Source: Phoronis australis
Lineage: Eukaryota; Animalia; Phoronida
Direction of reading: 5' to 3'
NCBI GenBank assembly: GCA_002633005.1
Contig: NMRA01000055.1
Coordinates: 862,282-926,281, forward strand
Length of the DNA stretch: 64,000 nucleotides
The notes beneath the pieces are model-generated. The model was not told the origin of the DNA. It saw nothing but the letters and a program-made list of their open reading frames with translations, and made no database searches. Every line of letters starts with the position of its first letter. The stretch's first letter is position 1. This document shows positions 39,450-52,114 of the stretch, piece after piece. A program made the position numbers and the translations under genes.

Positions 39450-42008
39450 TAATAATAATAATAATAATAATGTTTATTATGCATCGTAGGCTTTGCCTAC
39501 TCATACATAAATACATAAATTCAAACGTATATTCAGAATATTTACACGGAGAGCAGTTCTTCTCTTAAAGCCATAGCCTTGTGAATGTACAATGCGAGGC
39601 GCTAGATGCTGTCATGATTTTTCTGTTGGAATAACCTAACACGAAGAGAATAGTTAACATTGACAAGCTCTGGAAGATTTCTTCTAAGGTCTCCAAGAAC
39701 AGGGCATCGACACATGAAATGAGGCTCATCTTCAATTTCACCCAGACAGCATATGCCGCTTATTCTATCACCTCTAGGAGTACCCATATGTCTCCCTTTC
39801 TCTATATTAAGTGAGTGACCTGAACACCGAAATTGCGCAAGTATTCTTCTCGAATAAGCGTTTAAACAATTCACATAATGCTCGCTGACAAGATCACGTT
39901 TAATAAGACTATAAAATTCATATTCATTTGAGCTACCTATTTCCAGTTGCCATTCCTGTACGCCACAATCCAGTAATCTCTGTTTGAATTCCATAATAAA
40001 CTCAGCACTATTGCCTGGGCCAAATAACCACACTTCTCCATAGCCGTACCTATACAAAATTTCTTTGCCACGGTGTGCCCAGTTACAATTACCATTTTCA
40101 CTTTGTACCCTAAGCATACTATAACACTTCAGTGGGTACCTATGTTCTTCCATATCCAGTAATTTTGTCCAATAGATAATTGGTTTACACATATATTTTG
40201 TAATTAACAATTGTCTCCTACATTCACCACGATCCATAGCATTTGACGTTTTTAATACTAAATCTCAGAACATATTTACAGAAATCATTATGAACTTTTT
40301 CAATAGATTCACGCATTGATGTTCCCCAGATTTCTGCACCATATGTTAATATGGGCATTATCATAGAGACAAAGAGTTTAAAATGCACTCCATGGGAAAT
40401 ACAGTTAAGTTTTGACAGAGTGGCTTTAATAACGTTAATTGCTTTTCGAGCTTGGCTTGCAAGTACTCTACAGCACTCTGTCCATTTAAGTCTGCAGGAG
40501 AACGTGACTCCTAGGTACTTGTAGTACGATTTCGTATCTACTTTCTTATCGCCAAAAACCCACCTGTCATCACTTGAAAGTATGCCCTGTCGCTTAAATA
40601 CCACAACATTCATTTTCTCCAAATTAACTTGCAAGTTCCAGTCTCGACAAAACTTTTCGAGGACATTAAGCTTCATCTGTAGCCCAGCAACAGTATTCGA
40701 CACCGGCACTAAATCATCAGCAAAAAATAGAGAACCAATATCACAACCCGGAGAGACGCGTATACCTCTGCCTACATTTTCTCTAATATCAGACACTAGT
40801 GTGCTAACAAACACCGAGAACAGCCACGGACTTAAAACACATCCTTGCCGGACACCAACTGTACAGTTGAAATAGGGTGTGGTCTGGGACTGTACCATAA
40901 TACACGATTGTATAGAGTCGTACGTACTGCGCAAAATGTTAAATATTTTTCCACGCAAACCTTTGCTTAAAAGGGCATAAAATAAACGGGAAATGTCTAC
41001 ACTATCAAATGCCTTACTAAAATCAACGAATGCACAATATACTTTCCCCTTCCGTTTAGTGACATGTTTCTGGATGATACACTGTAGGTTAAAAATGTTA
41101 TCGATTGTAGAGTAGGCCTACCTAATCCTAAAGCCTGCATGTTCTTCCGGGATACATTTCGTGTTATTCGACCATTCAATTAAACAAGAATAAAGAATAG
41201 TTGTAAATATTTTATTAATACTATCTATAACGGAGACCCCTCTGTAATTATTTGGTTTAAATTTGTCTCCTTTTTTGTAACACGGCACAATAATACTTTT
41301 TGACCACTGGGATGGATAATGCCCGGTATTGAAAATTCTACTAAACAGTTTGTGAAGAAGTTCTACTAGGGCCTCAGGGAAGCACTTAGAGAATTCAGCC
41401 GGTATGCCATCTTCTCCGGGAGATTTATTATTCTTACTATTTCATCTGCACTAATACCGGCATTTAGTTCATCAATGTCAAAGGCACTGGTTACATCACG
41501 CTCACTCTGTGGGTGCCTACAACGCTCACACTGTCATGCTCATCAAGCGTCTGACGTTAGGTCATCAAAAGTTTCACTGCGACCGTCTGTTCTGTTAATA
41601 TCAAACAGGTTACTGAAATTCCTAAACCACTCCAATTCAGTAATATTATTATTATCAGGCTTTGTAGTGTGTACTGGCTCTGACAAGCTTTGTTTTATAA
41701 CATTCCAAAATCTATTAGGATTCCCCACTGACTCACAAAGCTCACTTTGTTTATCGGTATAATACAGCTTTTTCGTCTTCTTACATAACTTTTTGTACTC
41801 ATTTCTACTATCAAGATAATTTCTCAGGTCTAAGTCTCTCCGAGACACCCTAAATTTTCGCAGTAGACGCTTCTTTTGTAGTTTCATCTCTTTACATTCA
41901 CTTTCAAACCATGCAGGTCTAAGTGGTTTACTTACACATCTGTCTTGCCTCACGAGCATGCCCACTCCACATGACTGGAGCAAGTCCACTAAGCATTTAA
42001 CTACAGTT
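39450..42008 (-). mobile_element. 5'-truncated non-LTR retrotransposon (RTEX-like), frameshifted ORF2
   Basis: WFESEC region, KSPGEDGIPAEF, NYRGVS, CAFVDFSKAFDSV, GVRQGCVLSPWLF, FFADD, YKYLG, and C-terminal FRCSGHSLNIEKGR...IEDEPHFMCRCP. AATAAA followed by an (ATT)n tail at 39450-39471. Confidence 0.92.
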
Positions 42009-42009
42009 C

Positions 42010-42590
42010 ACAGAGAATATTGGAAAGTTTCCGAAGAGGTTTGAAAACAACTATCAGTTCAACTGCTGGGTCTATGCAATGCATAAGGCGAGATAATTGA
42101 CGTGTGTATGCTGTGTACCCATTCCTTTATTGAACAATGGCAATGTTGTGTATAAGGTTGAATGTGACAACTGTAAGGAATTCTATATAGGACTCACACA
42201 TAGACGCCTCTGTGACAGGTTGAAAGAACATCACACTTCAGAGAAATGTAACATACATAGGCTACAATCCCCAAGCCAACTCTGTTAGTATTATCTGCAG
42301 AGAACCTAACAAGGAGTTACTATACATTAAAGAGTCATTGGCCATTCAGAACCAGCACGCCACTGATTCTCTGAATAACATGCAGAGCTCAGTGACCCTG
42401 CAACTATGGTGATGACCAGCTACTGACTATATTCTATGTATCTCTCACTTCACTTTATGGATGTTACCTGAGCTGTATGTTGGCACTTGTTGTCCTAAAT
42501 TATTGTAAATATGATCCTGATGATGTCTAATGAAAAGACGAAGCGTTGAATTGAACATGAACTTTTTTATTTGTGCGGCGATCGACCGGA
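42010..42590 (+). mobile_element. Penelope-like element 3' part: GIY-YIG endonuclease remnant plus pLTR
   Basis: NVVYKVECDNCKEFYIGLTHRRLCDRLKEH, then after a frameshift LLYIKESLAIQ...SLNNMQSSVTLQLW*. Confidence 0.88.
42505..42560 (+). ncRNA. Minimal hammerhead-ribozyme-like motif (PLE type)
   Basis: CUGAUGA-U-GUCU-AAUGAAA-AGAC-GAAG-CGUUG. Perfect 4-bp stem II, with GAAA changed to GAAG. Confidence 0.55.
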
Positions 42591-43014
42591 TTTTTACCTT
42601 TCTTTTGTGTTGAATTTTATCAAAAACATGGGCACGTGACTCAATGAGTGACAGGTTGGCGTAAAGTCTACAGACTTCCTATATTCAGAAAATATGTACT
42701 TTTACTGATTTAGCATCAATACTGTTATAGACACTTTGCTGAATGCACAGGGTTGTCGACAAGGTCCTACATATTATCGATAAGTCTGCGTATTTAGTGA
42801 AATGCCTTCAAAACTATAGATTTTAACTTAACAAAAATATATTTTTGGTATCATATGAATTCGATCAGCCGTTACTGAGACATGATGTTCCGAAATTAGC
42901 CAAATTTGGAATTTTTCTGGATGCCTGCATTACCTTAAGTGACTCCCTAAATGTAGTGCACTCTTGGGTTAGGATCAAGGATCCACGTCTGAGCCTATTA
43001 CCCATTTTCCGATG

Positions 43015-43269
43015 TTATAATATCTTCTTCGTAATAATTTCGTTGTTATCACTAGGTCCGTTTTTGACATTGCAATACGCTCCAATTGAAGTGTGTTCGT
43101 TTTTCACATCAGCTATCGTTTTTGGGCGATAAGTTCGCATGTAGAAATTCACGAACAAAAATATCAATGAAATCATGTAGCCGGATAAGAGATAAGCACC
43201 CCATTTTGGAAAGTCGCACGAAGACAAAAGCGTGTAAAACGAATGGACGAATACCATGGAAAACTGCCC
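43015..43269 (-). CDS. Elovl2/5: Elovl2/5 elongase, last coding exon (6)
   Basis: GQFSMV...CDFPKW...YMISLIFLFVNFY...TKKIL*. C-terminal dilysine KKxx ER-retrieval signal. tttcag acceptor. Confidence 0.92.
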   Translation of the reverse strand, partial: GQFSMVFVHSFYTLLSSCDFPKWGAYLLSGYMISLIFLFVNFYMRTYRPKTIADVKNEHTSIGAYCNVKNGPSDNNEIITKKIL

Positions 43270-44137
43270 CTGAAAATAAAAGAAAGGAATAATACATGTG
43301 TAGAGAAAAATGAGCTCAAGAGTCAAAACTGTTACCGAATATGCGTGCACTTAGGACCATGTGCCAGTCCTGAAGCGGCGTCTATATCCGCATTATAAGA
43401 ATATCAACTTAATAATGGTGTATATGCTAGACATCTTCTTGTCTTCTTGTTTCGTTGCTATGTGTAAACTGTATTTATAATGTTGTTGCTCTTGAGTGAG
43501 ATTTTGGCGTCAAGACAAAGTCTAGGCATAAAAGCAAGAAATGGTAGTTTCTTCACAAACTTTTTAAATTATTTTCTTTGGATTCGATAGTTGTTTTCTT
43601 TTGATTGCCTTCGTCAAAATTTAGACGATAATAGAATAATGGTCAAGCTATTTGGCTATTTTCGGTCATTTCACGAAGTCATCTCGCTCAACGTTGTGCA
43701 AAAGTCTTGTTCATCTGCATGTTCATTTACGTTTAAACTGTAATTTCTGAGGAAGAAAATTCCCTCCTCTTGAGGCGTGCCGCTGAGACAGGGGAAGAAG
43801 GCATTCATTTCGTAGATCATTAGCCATGCACTTGAGGCGAGAAATATTCGCTTATGGAGCGAAAATAATGAATTCTATCCCGTAATTAATGAATTTTATA
43901 TCACGTAATTCATCATTCCACCCTGGGTCACTGACAAATTTCTTCAGTGCGGCCATTTTGGTTGATTAGTGTTAGACTTGCTTTTTACTCGTGTGTTATT
44001 ATGTTCTCTTGCGTGATTTCCCCTTTCTCGCAAAAAAATGATCTACCCAACGCACTCCACTAGGCCTACGTAGACCAACTGCAGCTCGCACTGCGTTGTA
44101 CAAAAAATACGCTCGTTAGGTGGCGCTCAAGTCTTAC

Positions 44138-44262
44138 CAATTGAAGTCTTGTCAAGTATCTTTTCCACCACAGTTTACCTTGCAAGGAAGGAAAACTAGA
44201 CAGGAAGTAATAGGAGTACATTATCACGTGGATAAGTGAGTTTAGCAAGGGACCAACCAAGG
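44138..44262 (-). CDS. Elovl2/5: Elovl2/5 coding exon 5
   Basis: (S)[43 protein letters not shown] and GTAAGA boundaries, phases consistent. Confidence 0.93.
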
Positions 44263-44805
44263 CTGAAATGCAGAAATAAATAGGTCAACAGAAAGCAGTT
44301 GTTTAATGACCCATCTGTGCAATGATCACAATAGAAAAGTCGGCAGTGTCAGAGGTATCTGTTTAGCGACCGGCTCTGCGACCCTGGGGCAAGTGCCATC
44401 CAAAGCTAAGTTTTGCAATGAGCTGGAATATCACGATCTATAGCAAATTTGAAAAAATACTAATAACAAAAATACATTGTAAAGTACTTAAGCCAATTAT
44501 TGGACTATTGGACAAATGCTGAATTCATCTATGTTGCATTTTAGGATAATTGTGAAAAAATGACCGAACATTAACTAGTCTGGATGCAAGATGGTCTCTA
44601 CGAAAGTTTGTTTCGAAGTTCTGTGTAACGCACTCGCTCAATATGGTTCACGTCACTTGAACCTCGAAGCTGGAACGCAACATTAGCTGTTTCATCAAAA
44701 CAAATGACATAATTCAATTCTTACTTTTATTTGTGTTCAAACAAAAAGACTTAACGAATTCTAATAAATATTTGCAGCTGAGAATAGCTCTATGTTTTGA
44801 CTTAC

Positions 44806-44977
44806 ACTGGCCTCCTGGTATGAACATCATGACCCACCACCAGATATTAAACATAGACACGTGATGATAAACGTGAAGAAACGTGATCTGGTTATTCTTC
44901 TTGCGCAGAATCATGCAGAACGTGTCGACGAATTCTATCACCTTGGAAAAGAAGTACCACCACAACACTTTGGCAAC
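44806..44977 (-). CDS. Elovl2/5: Elovl2/5 coding exon 4 with the histidine box
   Basis: [19 protein letters not shown]...[18 protein letters not shown]...PGGQ closely resembles ELOVL2 ([18 protein letters not shown]). Confidence 0.95.
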
Positions 44978-45692
44978 CTGTGAAAAACATTGTTTCTCGT
45001 TTCAACATAGACTATAGTAGGCCTACGTGGACCATCAACTCTGTATATTTTGAATGGATAAAATCTGTGATCGCACTCACAAGACGCGACCAACTATTTG
45101 GGCCGAGAAGTCACTATTCACTAGCGACGCCTACTGTTAATCACGGTTTTACGTCTGGTAAGGAAGTCGTTGCCTAACTAATCGGAATGCAGCGCCTCTT
45201 TTGGAAATTCCTAATGAAAATATTGGAGCTCCAATCTGTTGTAAATGATCTGCTACATGCAGTGCGATGAAGTATTGTCTATTTTTTACTTTGACTTCCA
45301 TCACAAATTAAGACAAGGCCGCAACTAACTGAAGCATTGATACGTGTCCACTGTAAATCAAATGGCAAGCACTATCTAGGGTGTGGAATGGACCCAGGGG
45401 CAGAATACGTCGACCATGTGCTCCACAGAAACGAGCACATTTCATTCAACTGCGGCGTTGCCTATGTTCAAATCAAACACAATTCCAAATGCAGAGTACA
45501 GACATAATTGTTCTCTGCAATAAAAGTCAATTCGGACACCTTTTCTACTTAACTTCTACACACTGCAAAACAAACTCCGAAATTATTTTATTAAGAAATA
45601 CACCAATAGTAGTTAAACGATTTCTTGGTAACAATGTTAAAGATTTTTTTGTGAACACTTTTGGGACAACCTGTACTTCAAAGCCAACGTAC

Positions 45693-45779
45693 TCTTAGTT
45701 CTTTAGGGTTCAGATGCGTTTGTTGGTTGAATGGATGGCAAATATAACTGTATCCAGCGTCCCAAGAGCTAAGAAGAAT
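45693..45779 (-). CDS. Elovl2/5: Elovl2/5 coding exon 3
   Basis: ILLSSWDAGYSYICHPFNQQTHLNPKELR, 87 nt, phase 0/0, tttcag and GTACGT boundaries. Confidence 0.9.
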
Positions 45780-46328
45780 CTGAAAGTAGGGCATTCGCGT
45801 GGTTAGAGCGAAAGAGAAGCGGAATTAATTTATCCCATGATTTCTCAAAGAAATGTTTTCTTTACACAATAGCATTTGATTATTAATGGACAACAGAGCA
45901 TTCTCTCCACCAAGACTGCAGGGAAAGCAAAAACTATACTTAACGTTAAGTTCTAAACATCATGGCAGTAATTCGAAAAGTTAGATGACACACATGCCGC
46001 TGAAATTATCATCGATTTCCATTTCTACAAACAACAGTCAACCGACACAAACATTGAGAATCGAAAGCAATGTTATATCCATGATTTCATTTGTAGACAT
46101 AGTGGCGCACACGACTTTTGATTTTCACGCCTACAAGTCATGAGAATTTCCACAACCAGCGCTTTCCCCAAATACGTTTCTGTATCCTATATCCGGGACT
46201 TTCTGAGTCACAATTGATATTTCCTTGGTACCAAAGATAGAAACATGTCAGATAAATGTTATATATACCAGAATGCTTCAAATTGTTTACCCATGACATT
46301 AAACTCCAGCGGTGTGCGTCTTACGTAC

Positions 46329-46519
46329 CTCGATAAGCATATAGAGCGAAAATAGCACAAGACCGAAGTTGTATATCCTTAAGAATCCTCGTAGTTCTAA
46401 AGGACGGCGGTTACTCATCAACCTCGGACCCAATAAAATGATTAGCAAATAAAGCCCGGTGCACGTCCAGACGTAGACAGGCGTACGGTTGATGAGAGGC
46501 CAGTCTTTCGTCCTTGTGT
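46329..46519 (-). CDS. Elovl2/5: Elovl2/5 coding exon 2
   Basis: (D)TRTKDWPLI...YLLIILLGPRLMSNRRPLELRGFLRIYNFGLVLFSLYMLIE, with tttag and GTACGT boundaries. Confidence 0.92.
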
Positions 46520-46927
46520 CTAAAATAGTTTTAAGGAACGATTTTGGTTTTGGTGATGGAATTCATTATTTACATTTATATGTTATAAGACTATTGTAAA
46601 ATACCACAGCAAATTTTGTTTCACAGTTTTATTTCATCTAGTCGTAATTAACATCTGAATAGGGTGAAACAGGGCTTAGTATCTTTTCAAACGCCACTAA
46701 TAAATAAAGCATTCAACAACCAGCAATATTAACTTGACTCCCGACATCGACTCATGCGTGCGATGAGATTTAATCAATCATGACATTTCATTTGAGTGCC
46801 ACACTTTAGTCATATGCTTTATGAGAATGTTTTCAGTATGATCAAGATCTTCACATTCGTGACATATCACGAGTGGCTAGGAATAGCTTCGTGAACTAAG
46901 ACGAATAACAGGTATAGACGTTCTTTC

Positions 46928-47177
46928 CATTAGTGCACCCGGGGGGGGCTCGGGAGGGCTCGAATGAGCCCCCCATTTGACAAAGTACACAAAAAGGTCT
47001 GCCTCAGAGAAACAAAAACTCCGGAAAAAGTAGAAAGAAAGTCTACTAAAAGACAGGAAGTACCAAAATTCGGCGAATGCACAATGCATACCTCTGAAAG
47101 TACCCCGTGAATCTTAGTAAAAGGTCCACATTCTCAAAAATTCGAACCCCCCGCTTTTTAGGCTGGGTGCGCGCATG
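46928..47177 (-). mobile_element. MITE family B copy in an Elovl intron
   Basis: Reverse complement of the 24663-24946 body. Ends ctgggtgcgcgcatg. Confidence 0.8.
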
Positions 47178-48919
47178 CTATTGAGTAACTGTGTTACACC
47201 GTAAACAATCTTCCTCAGTCACGTAGCGTAATAGCGTTCTCCTTAACATCACTCTTTTCGCATCGGTGCGCTTCTCTTTTTTGAAGCGGTGCAGTTCTAT
47301 TCTATGTGACAATCTTACCGGAAATTTCTAAATATAGGCCTTGGGCTGATAGCCGAAAAAGGGACCTTTAAAAACGTCAAATTAAACCGAATATACGTCC
47401 AGGGGACGTATTATTGGAAATTGTGTCAAACAATTTGTAACGTAGTTTTTGTTTAACAAACAATAGTTGGGAAGTTTTTTGAAATATATACGTCGTTTTT
47501 AATGTTTATAGTTGTTTCTTTCTTGTATGAATATATTCATCAAAGAAACACGGTGCGTTAAAACTGCCCTCCGTATTGTGCAATCCACCAGATTTTCAAA
47601 ACATGCAAACAGATACCGGAAATGGGCATAATTTTGGAAAAAAAATCCAAAAAGACGCCCATTGGCATACTTTTGTGTGAATCTGTCTTCGGAAATTCCG
47701 TTACAACTCAGACATTTTCTCATAACCGCATAAGTACCCTTGTGAAGCGCACAAAAAATGATTGTGCTTAATCACGCGTAACATGTGCCTCCAGTCAGAC
47801 GCGAAAAGAAATGCTGTACATGAGAAGGGAACCAAGTTCAGAAAAATGAAACTGATGTTGATGATAACAAAATGAACTGTAATTGGTAAGAATTAGTTGC
47901 CTAATAATACAAGCACGTTGTTAACGAGAATGGCCGTGCGGAACGCGGTGGAGGAAGATTGTTAACCCTGGACTAGTGCGTTGGAGCTTCGTATGCAGTG
48001 TTATTATCTTTGGAAATATTGATAAAGACTTTTCAAATGCAAATGGTATTTTGAAATTAGCTGATTTCATGAAATTTGGATTCACCCTATTCCATTTTTG
48101 CACGCACCAAACGATTCCAGACACCACCTAGAGAGGGCAATGCGCTGATTCCGTGTTGGCTTGGACTACAGCACATCACTGGATTTCGTTAATTAGTTAT
48201 CATTGTAAAATTATGTTAAAAATGTAGTAACATGTACAGTAAATACGTCGGAGCGAATTATCGGAAAATACATTGGAAAATATCGGAATAAGTGCTAAAT
48301 TTTTATTGATCACTGAATAATGGATGAAATTTGATTCAGTACATTCGACGTTTTGTTTAGCAAGTGAATGCTTAAATAATCTACGCAGACACCTAGCTTA
48401 ATAATCAATAGTCTTGACATCATGACACACAAATCGAAATGCAGTTCCTTAAATACGCACGACTCACGTTTACAAGTAGGATTCACGAGATGACCTGCAC
48501 ACAATCGTCCATTAGGTGATCTCTGCACAATGTTTTGAATTATAAATTAATCGTGCAAAATACATGAATAGGGGTTGACAATCTGTCAGAAACATAAACT
48601 ATTTACTTTTAGTATGAAAATTCTGCGCTTTCCCATGACATATGTTGGAATGCGTTAATTCGGTGACACAATCGAAGGGAATAGTTAGATCAGCCCTAAC
48701 GCGGAGTAGAATCCACACGTTCAACAGTCTGAGTACAACGCTATGCTTGCGAGGCTAAACCCTATTTCCTTTTGGTCATTGTTTGGAATGACCAATGACA
48801 AAAAGAAAAAAAATTCAGGTGATGTAAAATAAAAATAGGCTTTAATTGAAACAAACGTTTTTGCATGTCCGGACCTCCTGGACCCTCCTTGAATACCCCC
48901 GTTCTTTATTACTTCAGCT

Positions 48920-49050
48920 AATTTCCGTAAAAGCAAAGGTTTCGCACACGAAGCTCCTGCAGTAACGTGCTTTGCTTGAAATGCATGGCGATATCTCACG
49001 AAGTCTCGCGTGATCTTGAATTTACGCGAGGTTCTCGCGTGTACAGACGC
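48920..49050. mobile_element. MITE family C-related copy
   Basis: aaatgcatggcgatatctcacgaagtctcgcgtgatcttg...gcgaggttctcgcg parallels 6870-6935. Confidence 0.6.
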
Positions 49051-49664
49051 TGTTCACGCTCAATTTGACTTGTTATGATGAGTTAGTTTCAACTACTTAA
49101 GCAGTATGGTCGTTTGAGGGAGTCTACAACGGCGCTTAATCATATCCGCTTTCAAAAGAAAAAGAGGATAACGACTTCATGATTGCTCTAAAAAGCAAAT
49201 GTAACTGTGAATTAGAAAGGTGTGTTCGACTTCAGACAATGGTTTGAATGCTTCTGTAAAATATGAACTGCAGCTTCATGCACCAAACTGCAGTGACAGA
49301 TGACGTTTGTCTGCTTAACAACCCAAATTAGATCAATTTGAATTTAACGCTACTTAAATCGACAATTTTTCATTAAAATTAACAACATTTCCTAGACTTT
49401 TAAGCTTAGTTGAGCACTTTGACAATTACACCATAGATGACATTGAGAAACACCTTCATTTTTAAGAAAAATACTGAAAGATTAAAATCACGCCCTGTAC
49501 TGAAGCTATTATATTGACGTTATTATTCGTGTTATCATGAAGTACAAAAAGAATACTATAAAATAATCTCACTACATCTGAGAAAGATATTCTCATTGAT
49601 CGTGCAAGAAATAAAAAAAATTGCAACTAAAAACAACTGATGAAGGATCGACTGTTGTTATAAT

Positions 49665-50340
49665 TGGCAGATATAGAAGTATGAAAGACGGTAAAGCTTC
49701 TGGATTATACAAAATAGGAATTGAATTATATGAATATACTAATCTGAGAATTACACTTGATATTGTATTTATCAATCATTCATTCGATTCCGGAACTTTT
49801 TCCAAATGAAAAGAAGAAATCAATTCTTTTGCCAATTTTCAAAGGCGGTACCCGTTCACCTAGCAGTTTCAGGGTCGTATCCAGTAGTTGCAAAGTTTTG
49901 AAAAAGATACCCAACTGTTTGTGTTAAATTGCAAACATGAGTGAAAAGTAACGAGGTCGCAAGTATATCCCACGCTGCATTTCGAACAGCGCGATAGATT
50001 ATGCGTTTGGGTTTGAAATTTAGATTACTGAGAACTTACCCAAGGATATGGTAGATTTTTTGAGCATTTGTGGATTTCAAGTCTGCGTTTGATAGTATAT
50101 ATCATGAAATTGAAGGAAAGTGATGTACCAGACGTGGTTGGACCAAGCGATAACACATTTAAGGACACATTTGCCTGTACCAACGAACTCAAACAGGGGT
50201 CACAATTATCACCATTTCTGTTTATTCTTCTTATCATTGACTCGAGTTAGAAACAGAAAGAACGAGTCGTACAAGGGATATCTTTTGGTGTGGTCAAGTT
50301 GTTTAATTTTTGCTGATGATTTGATCCCTTTTCATTTAGT
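49665..50340 (+). mobile_element. Decayed LINE RT fragment
   Basis: MKDGKASGLYKIGIE (KAxGxDxI-like), LKQGSQLSPFLF, IFADDL. Confidence 0.75.
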
Positions 50341-50369
50341 ATAGTCAATCTACCTTACTATTTTTAACA

Positions 50370-51200
50370 AGGGCCGGCAGCCTACATGTAGTTTACTGAC
50401 GTCAATATACTGGTACAAAAACGAAGGCCTCTGGCAACTTAACAGTCATACATATTACTACAAGCTTTTCTATAATAACCACCGGTCAAAAAAACAATAG
50501 CCTGGAGTACTGTGAATGTCTTCAGATTAAGACACATTGACAAAGTCCACAAGGACGCCCAGGTCAGCTACTTTTATCTTCTTGCTAAAATCCACACGGA
50601 AATACATTCTGGGGGCCCCATTATAGCAAACGACAACTTCAACAGGAAAAAAAATCTGTTTGCCGAATACCATCTGCAACAACTTGATCCTACACCCTCT
50701 AATGCGAAAGACACCAATCGTTATTAATTAACGTAAATATTAACGTCAGTAAATCAACAGAAAGCGTGCGCTTAATTTCACTCATCCGTTGCATTTGATT
50801 AACTTCGCCAGTTCCAGCGGATCAACTGGCCAATAAGACTGATATTAAAGGCGGAAGTCGTCATCAAGAACCACTCAAACGTCTAAGCCGGTTGACCGGC
50901 GTAAGCGGCGAACTCAATCAAGTATCCCTAATAGCAAAAGCTTGTACACTAACACTCCTCAAGATGAAGAAAAGAAGTCTGTGCTAAATTTCTTAACCAA
51001 TAAAATAATCATGATGTATAGCAGATCTTTCATACGCCCTCTAGAACACGTAGTATCAACTATGAATTACTTCACTTTCAGTATAATTCTCATAATGTTT
51101 AAATATCATAGGTACTACTATAGATACTGGAGTTACCTTAACAGGTGCTTATCTTTTCACGGGAAATTTTTTTTCAGTTCTGCTCTGATAGGTTCCTTCT
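50370..51200 (+). mobile_element. Decayed Penelope-like RT (upstream piece at about 49620-49665)
   Basis: FYLLAKIHT...GGPII (FYxLPKIHK..GRPI), AKDT, SLYTNTP, LEHVV..NYFTF. KTTDEGSTVVI (KADKG..VV) lies before the LINE. Confidence 0.7.
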
Positions 51201-52053
51201 CTGGATCAGTTGTTAAAAAAAATCCAAAAAGCCAAAATTTCTAATTCCGGAAATAGAACTGCTTTAAGAACCATTTAACACGTTTCTCGTCACGAAACTT
51301 TTCATATCCAAAATTCAAAAAAACATTTAGACAAAGCAAGTATTGACAGTAAAAACCCATTAAGCAATTCAACCGGCAATACACAACGCAACAAATATTG
51401 TCGCAAACCATGTAATTTGATGAAAAAACATATTTTCCTACTCTTCCAAAAACTCATGAAAATTTCTAACTTCAATATTACTCTGGCTGCACAGCCTCCA
51501 ACGCACTTCACTTAAATTGTAACTTGAAATAAATGTTTTATCTAATACGTAGACCGAACTGAACAAGCCTACAAACTTACTTCCGCACCAACAGATTCGA
51601 TATAGAGCAGGTAAAAATTCATTTACAAAAATTCGTAGCAGCTGATGACTCGGAACTTTTACCTGCTCAACATCGTCACGAACTATGAAAAACCTATTTC
51701 ATCGCAGATTCGATGTAGTCCATAAAAACACGTCAAATGCCAAAGGTAATCTGTTCAGAAACCATAGCCTGCGAGATCTAGCAACAAAAACACCATAAAA
51801 AATAAAGCATTCTAATACCTTCGCAGACTTAAAAGGGAACAACGGATTGACGAAGACCCGAGAACTAGATGGGTTATGTAAATTACCACTTCGTTACATT
51901 TTATTATTTTCATTTTTCCATTTACAAAGGATATTTCATATTCGAAAATGTCAGAATCCCGTATCGTTGTTTTGTTTGTTTGTTTTCTATTTTGGAAATT
52001 TAGTCACAAGCACTGCTTCACAAGCAATCTTTAGAACATAACTGACTATTTAC

Positions 52054-52114
52054 CTGCATATGGTAAGCTTTCTTCGTACTTGTGGTACAGGTCGACAAGC
52101 AATCCTGCTACCAT
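52054..52114 (-). CDS. Elovl2/5: Elovl2/5 first coding exon (MVAGLLVDLYHKYEESLPYA + G)
   Basis: GCCATGG Kozak context. The phase-1 donor joins AC at 46519 to give the conserved D-x-R. Assembled protein is about 296 aa. Confidence 0.8.

Noticed and set aside
40582-40875. Plus-strand 97-aa ORF
   Set aside because: Antisense shadow of the LINE RT.
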